IMG/VR virus record: IMGVR_UViG_3300007511_000008
Reading direction: 5' to 3' (one strand)
DNA: 36,208 nt
Source of the DNA: a virus
Taxonomy: Duplodnaviria; Heunggongvirae; Uroviricota; Caudoviricetes
Positions 34,852 through 36,208 of this stretch are shown in pieces. Under the pieces are notes generated by a model. The model was not told the DNA's origin and made no database searches. It saw only the letters and a list, made by a program, of their open reading frames with translations. The first letter of the stretch is position 1. The number at the start of each line of letters is the position of its first letter. The position numbers and the translations under genes are program-made.

Positions 34852-35472
34852 CTACTTCTTCTTGTAAGCCTTAATGTACTTTTTGTACGCCGCCGGGGTT
34901 GCCTTAGAAGAAAGCCCATGCCAGCGCATATCGATGCCCTTGCCACGCAGGAATTTCATATCAGACCGCGCTTGGGACACATCACCGCCAACAGAACCCC
35001 CAAGAAGACCACCCAACATAGCCGCAACAGCTGCGTGGGAACCTCTTGCAGGACCACGCTTCAGCAAACCATAAGCACCTGCACCAAGCAGCGCACCTGG
35101 AGGAGCCCCAATGAGGAATCCTTTACCGTGGGCCCTCAGCCTGCGCTTAACCCCTCCCTTACTCACCACCAGCTTTTTTACCCCCTTATCGCCAGAACGG
35201 AGTACTCTAGTAGTAGCCAAAAAAGTATCTTTAAAGCCAAGGGGAACTTGCCTTCCCTTCTTCTTAGCCTTCGCGATCTTTTCCATCGCCTCCGCAAAAA
35301 ACACTTCAAACTGCGCACAAGGTTCCATAATACCCCTCCCAGCAAGTTTCTTCTTCTCGGGCAAAGTTTTGATGCTTTGGTGGTTATCTTTCATCTCCCT
35401 CGCCCACTTGCGCGCAAGGCGAGGTTTGGTTGCGAACATAAAACGTTGTTGGGCTTTTGATTGGAATGGCAT
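34852..35472 (-). CDS. Basic protein (206 aa) with an N-terminal MPFQSKAQQRF module and a glycine-zipper region
   Basis: GGGGAG RBS. Contains MEKIA, LIGAPPGALLGAGAYGLL and AAVAAMLGGLLGGSVGG. Confidence 0.72.
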   Translation of the reverse strand: MPFQSKAQQRFMFATKPRLARKWAREMKDNHQSIKTLPEKKKLAGRGIMEPCAQFEVFFAEAMEKIAKAKKKGRQVPLGFKDTFLATTRVLRSGDKGVKKLVVSKGGVKRRLRAHGKGFLIGAPPGALLGAGAYGLLKRGPARGSHAAVAAMLGGLLGGSVGGDVSQARSDMKFLRGKGIDMRWHGLSSKATPAAYKKYIKAYKKK

Positions 35473-35556
35473 AATTACTCCCCAAGGCCAAGCTGCCTAC
35501 GTAGGCGCAGCACACCTGCTATTTTCAAGAAGAAAAATCCATGCGTAACTACCCCC

Positions 35557-36207
35557 CTATGCGGCATACTCGTACCTATACTTACCAGTTTTAGGGTCTC
35601 GCCAGCGACGCTTATACTTGGGGGATGTCTTATAAGTAGCCTTCTTCTTCTGGGCAGCCCTTCTTCGCTTAGCCGCCTGCTTCTTCTCCCGCGCCTCCAA
35701 CCAATGTGCAAGCCCTAGCAGCCCCACGTACGCCCCAAGAGCTCCCCCGTATAGCGCGAGGCGAGTACCAGCCCCTGTAGACGTCCGGTAATACCGGGGA
35801 GTGGTATATGAGCTGCGTTGGTAGGCGCGGTACCGAGCGTCCCGGGCACGTTTATAGGCTTCTTTATTACGAGCAGCGGCATCCTCAGCCCACTTCCGTT
35901 GTCTCGCTTTCCAGGCAGCATCCTCTCGCGCCCACTTCTTCCGCAAATCTTCCCACTCAGTCCTCCAATCCCCACCTTGACGAGCACCAGACCAACCACC
36001 ACCAGCGCGGCTACCGCCAGCGCGGCTACCGCCAGCGCGGCTACCGCCAGCGCGGCTACCACCAGCTTGGCTACCGCCACCAGCGCGGCTACCGCCAGCG
36101 CGACTACCGCCACCAGCTTGGCTGCCGCCAGCGCGGCTACCGCCAGCGCGGCTACCGCCAGCGCGGCTACCACCAGCTTGGCTACCGCCACCAGCGCGGC
36201 TACCGCC
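35557..36207 (-). CDS. Basic protein with Gly/Ser repeats and one hydrophobic helix (5'-truncated by the window edge)
   Basis: The frame of ORF-track entry 35557..35946 stays open to the edge: (G)GGS(R/Q)A x13, then GGWSGARQGGDWRTEWEDLRKKW...LALYGGALGAYVGLLGLAHWL...KYKRRWRDPKTGKYRYEYAA*. Confidence 0.72.
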   Translation of the reverse strand, partial: GGSRAGGGSQAGGSRAGGSRAGGSRAGGSQAGGGSRAGGSRAGGGSQAGGSRAGGSRAGGSRAGGSRAGGGWSGARQGGDWRTEWEDLRKKWAREDAAWKARQRKWAEDAAARNKEAYKRARDARYRAYQRSSYTTPRYYRTSTGAGTRLALYGGALGAYVGLLGLAHWLEAREKKQAAKRRRAAQKKKATYKTSPKYKRRWRDPKTGKYRYEYAA

Positions 36208-36208
36208 A
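36001..36208. repeat. 15/18-bp coding tandem repeat, 13 units
   Basis: The + strand unit is (a/g)ccagcgcggctacc with variants agcttggct and extra acc/gcc triplets. An identical 82-bp block occurs at 36016-36097 and 36127-36208. Confidence 0.92.

Larger units (their letters stand above)
1..36208. other. Segment of a large tailed (myovirus-like) bacteriophage genome or prophage-like element
   Basis: A phage-type recombination cluster (RecA-like, Hjc-like, Cas4-like, RusA-like) lies next to baseplate J-like and gp25-like genes, beta-helix fibres and a stand-alone sigma factor. Coding is nearly continuous with many TAATG/TGATG overlaps, and there are no host housekeeping genes. Confidence 0.9.

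Noticed and set aside
35715-36191. ORF-track protein of (VAAL)n repeats that looks like a membrane protein
   Set aside because: It is an alternative frame of the same repeat and would overlap 35557-35946 by more than 200 nt. The GGSRA frame is continuous with the 35557 ORF.
2062-36208. CRISPR-Cas locus suggested by the Cas4-like gene and the terminal repeats
   Set aside because: There is no cas1/cas2 or effector gene. The repeats are contiguous, have no unique spacers and encode an in-frame peptide repeat.
1-36208. Stop-codon reassignment, as in some large phages
   Set aside because: TAG, TAA and TGA each end genes at points followed closely by the next start, and the standard code already gives near-complete coding density.

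Overview
This is a gene-dense segment of a large contractile-tailed (myovirus-like, possibly jumbo) phage genome read in the standard code. I found no host housekeeping genes, tRNA, CRISPR array or IS element. (1) 1-4907, + strand: a replication/recombination operon with the C-terminus of a family A DNA polymerase, a small Zn-ribbon gene missed by the ORF track, a RecA-like protein with degenerate ATPase motifs, an Hjc-like PD-(D/E)XK resolvase, a Cas4-like exonuclease, a possible UvsY-like protein, a RusA-like resolvase and two hypotheticals, ending at a hairpin terminator. (2) 4943-32152, - strand: a translationally coupled tail/baseplate module with two beta-helix fibre/spike proteins, a 1718-aa wedge-like protein, a 1777-aa baseplate J-like protein, a gp25-like protein, several Ig-like structural proteins and two large basic low-complexity proteins. 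One antisense Zn-ribbon gene exactly fills the gap between the two giant baseplate genes. (3) 32220-36208: a phage sigma70-family factor and a GNAT acetyltransferase, an oppositely oriented acidic-tailed gene with a structured leader and its own terminator, and basic Gly-zipper proteins, one with a (G)GGS(R/Q)A repeat running off the edge. The leading hypothesis is inference only: a shared (L/M)EK(V/I/R)A motif marks a set of protease-processed, capsid-packaged proteins that includes the GNAT, encoded next to a sigma factor with an unusual basic N-terminal tag. All product calls come from motifs read by eye; no database search was run.
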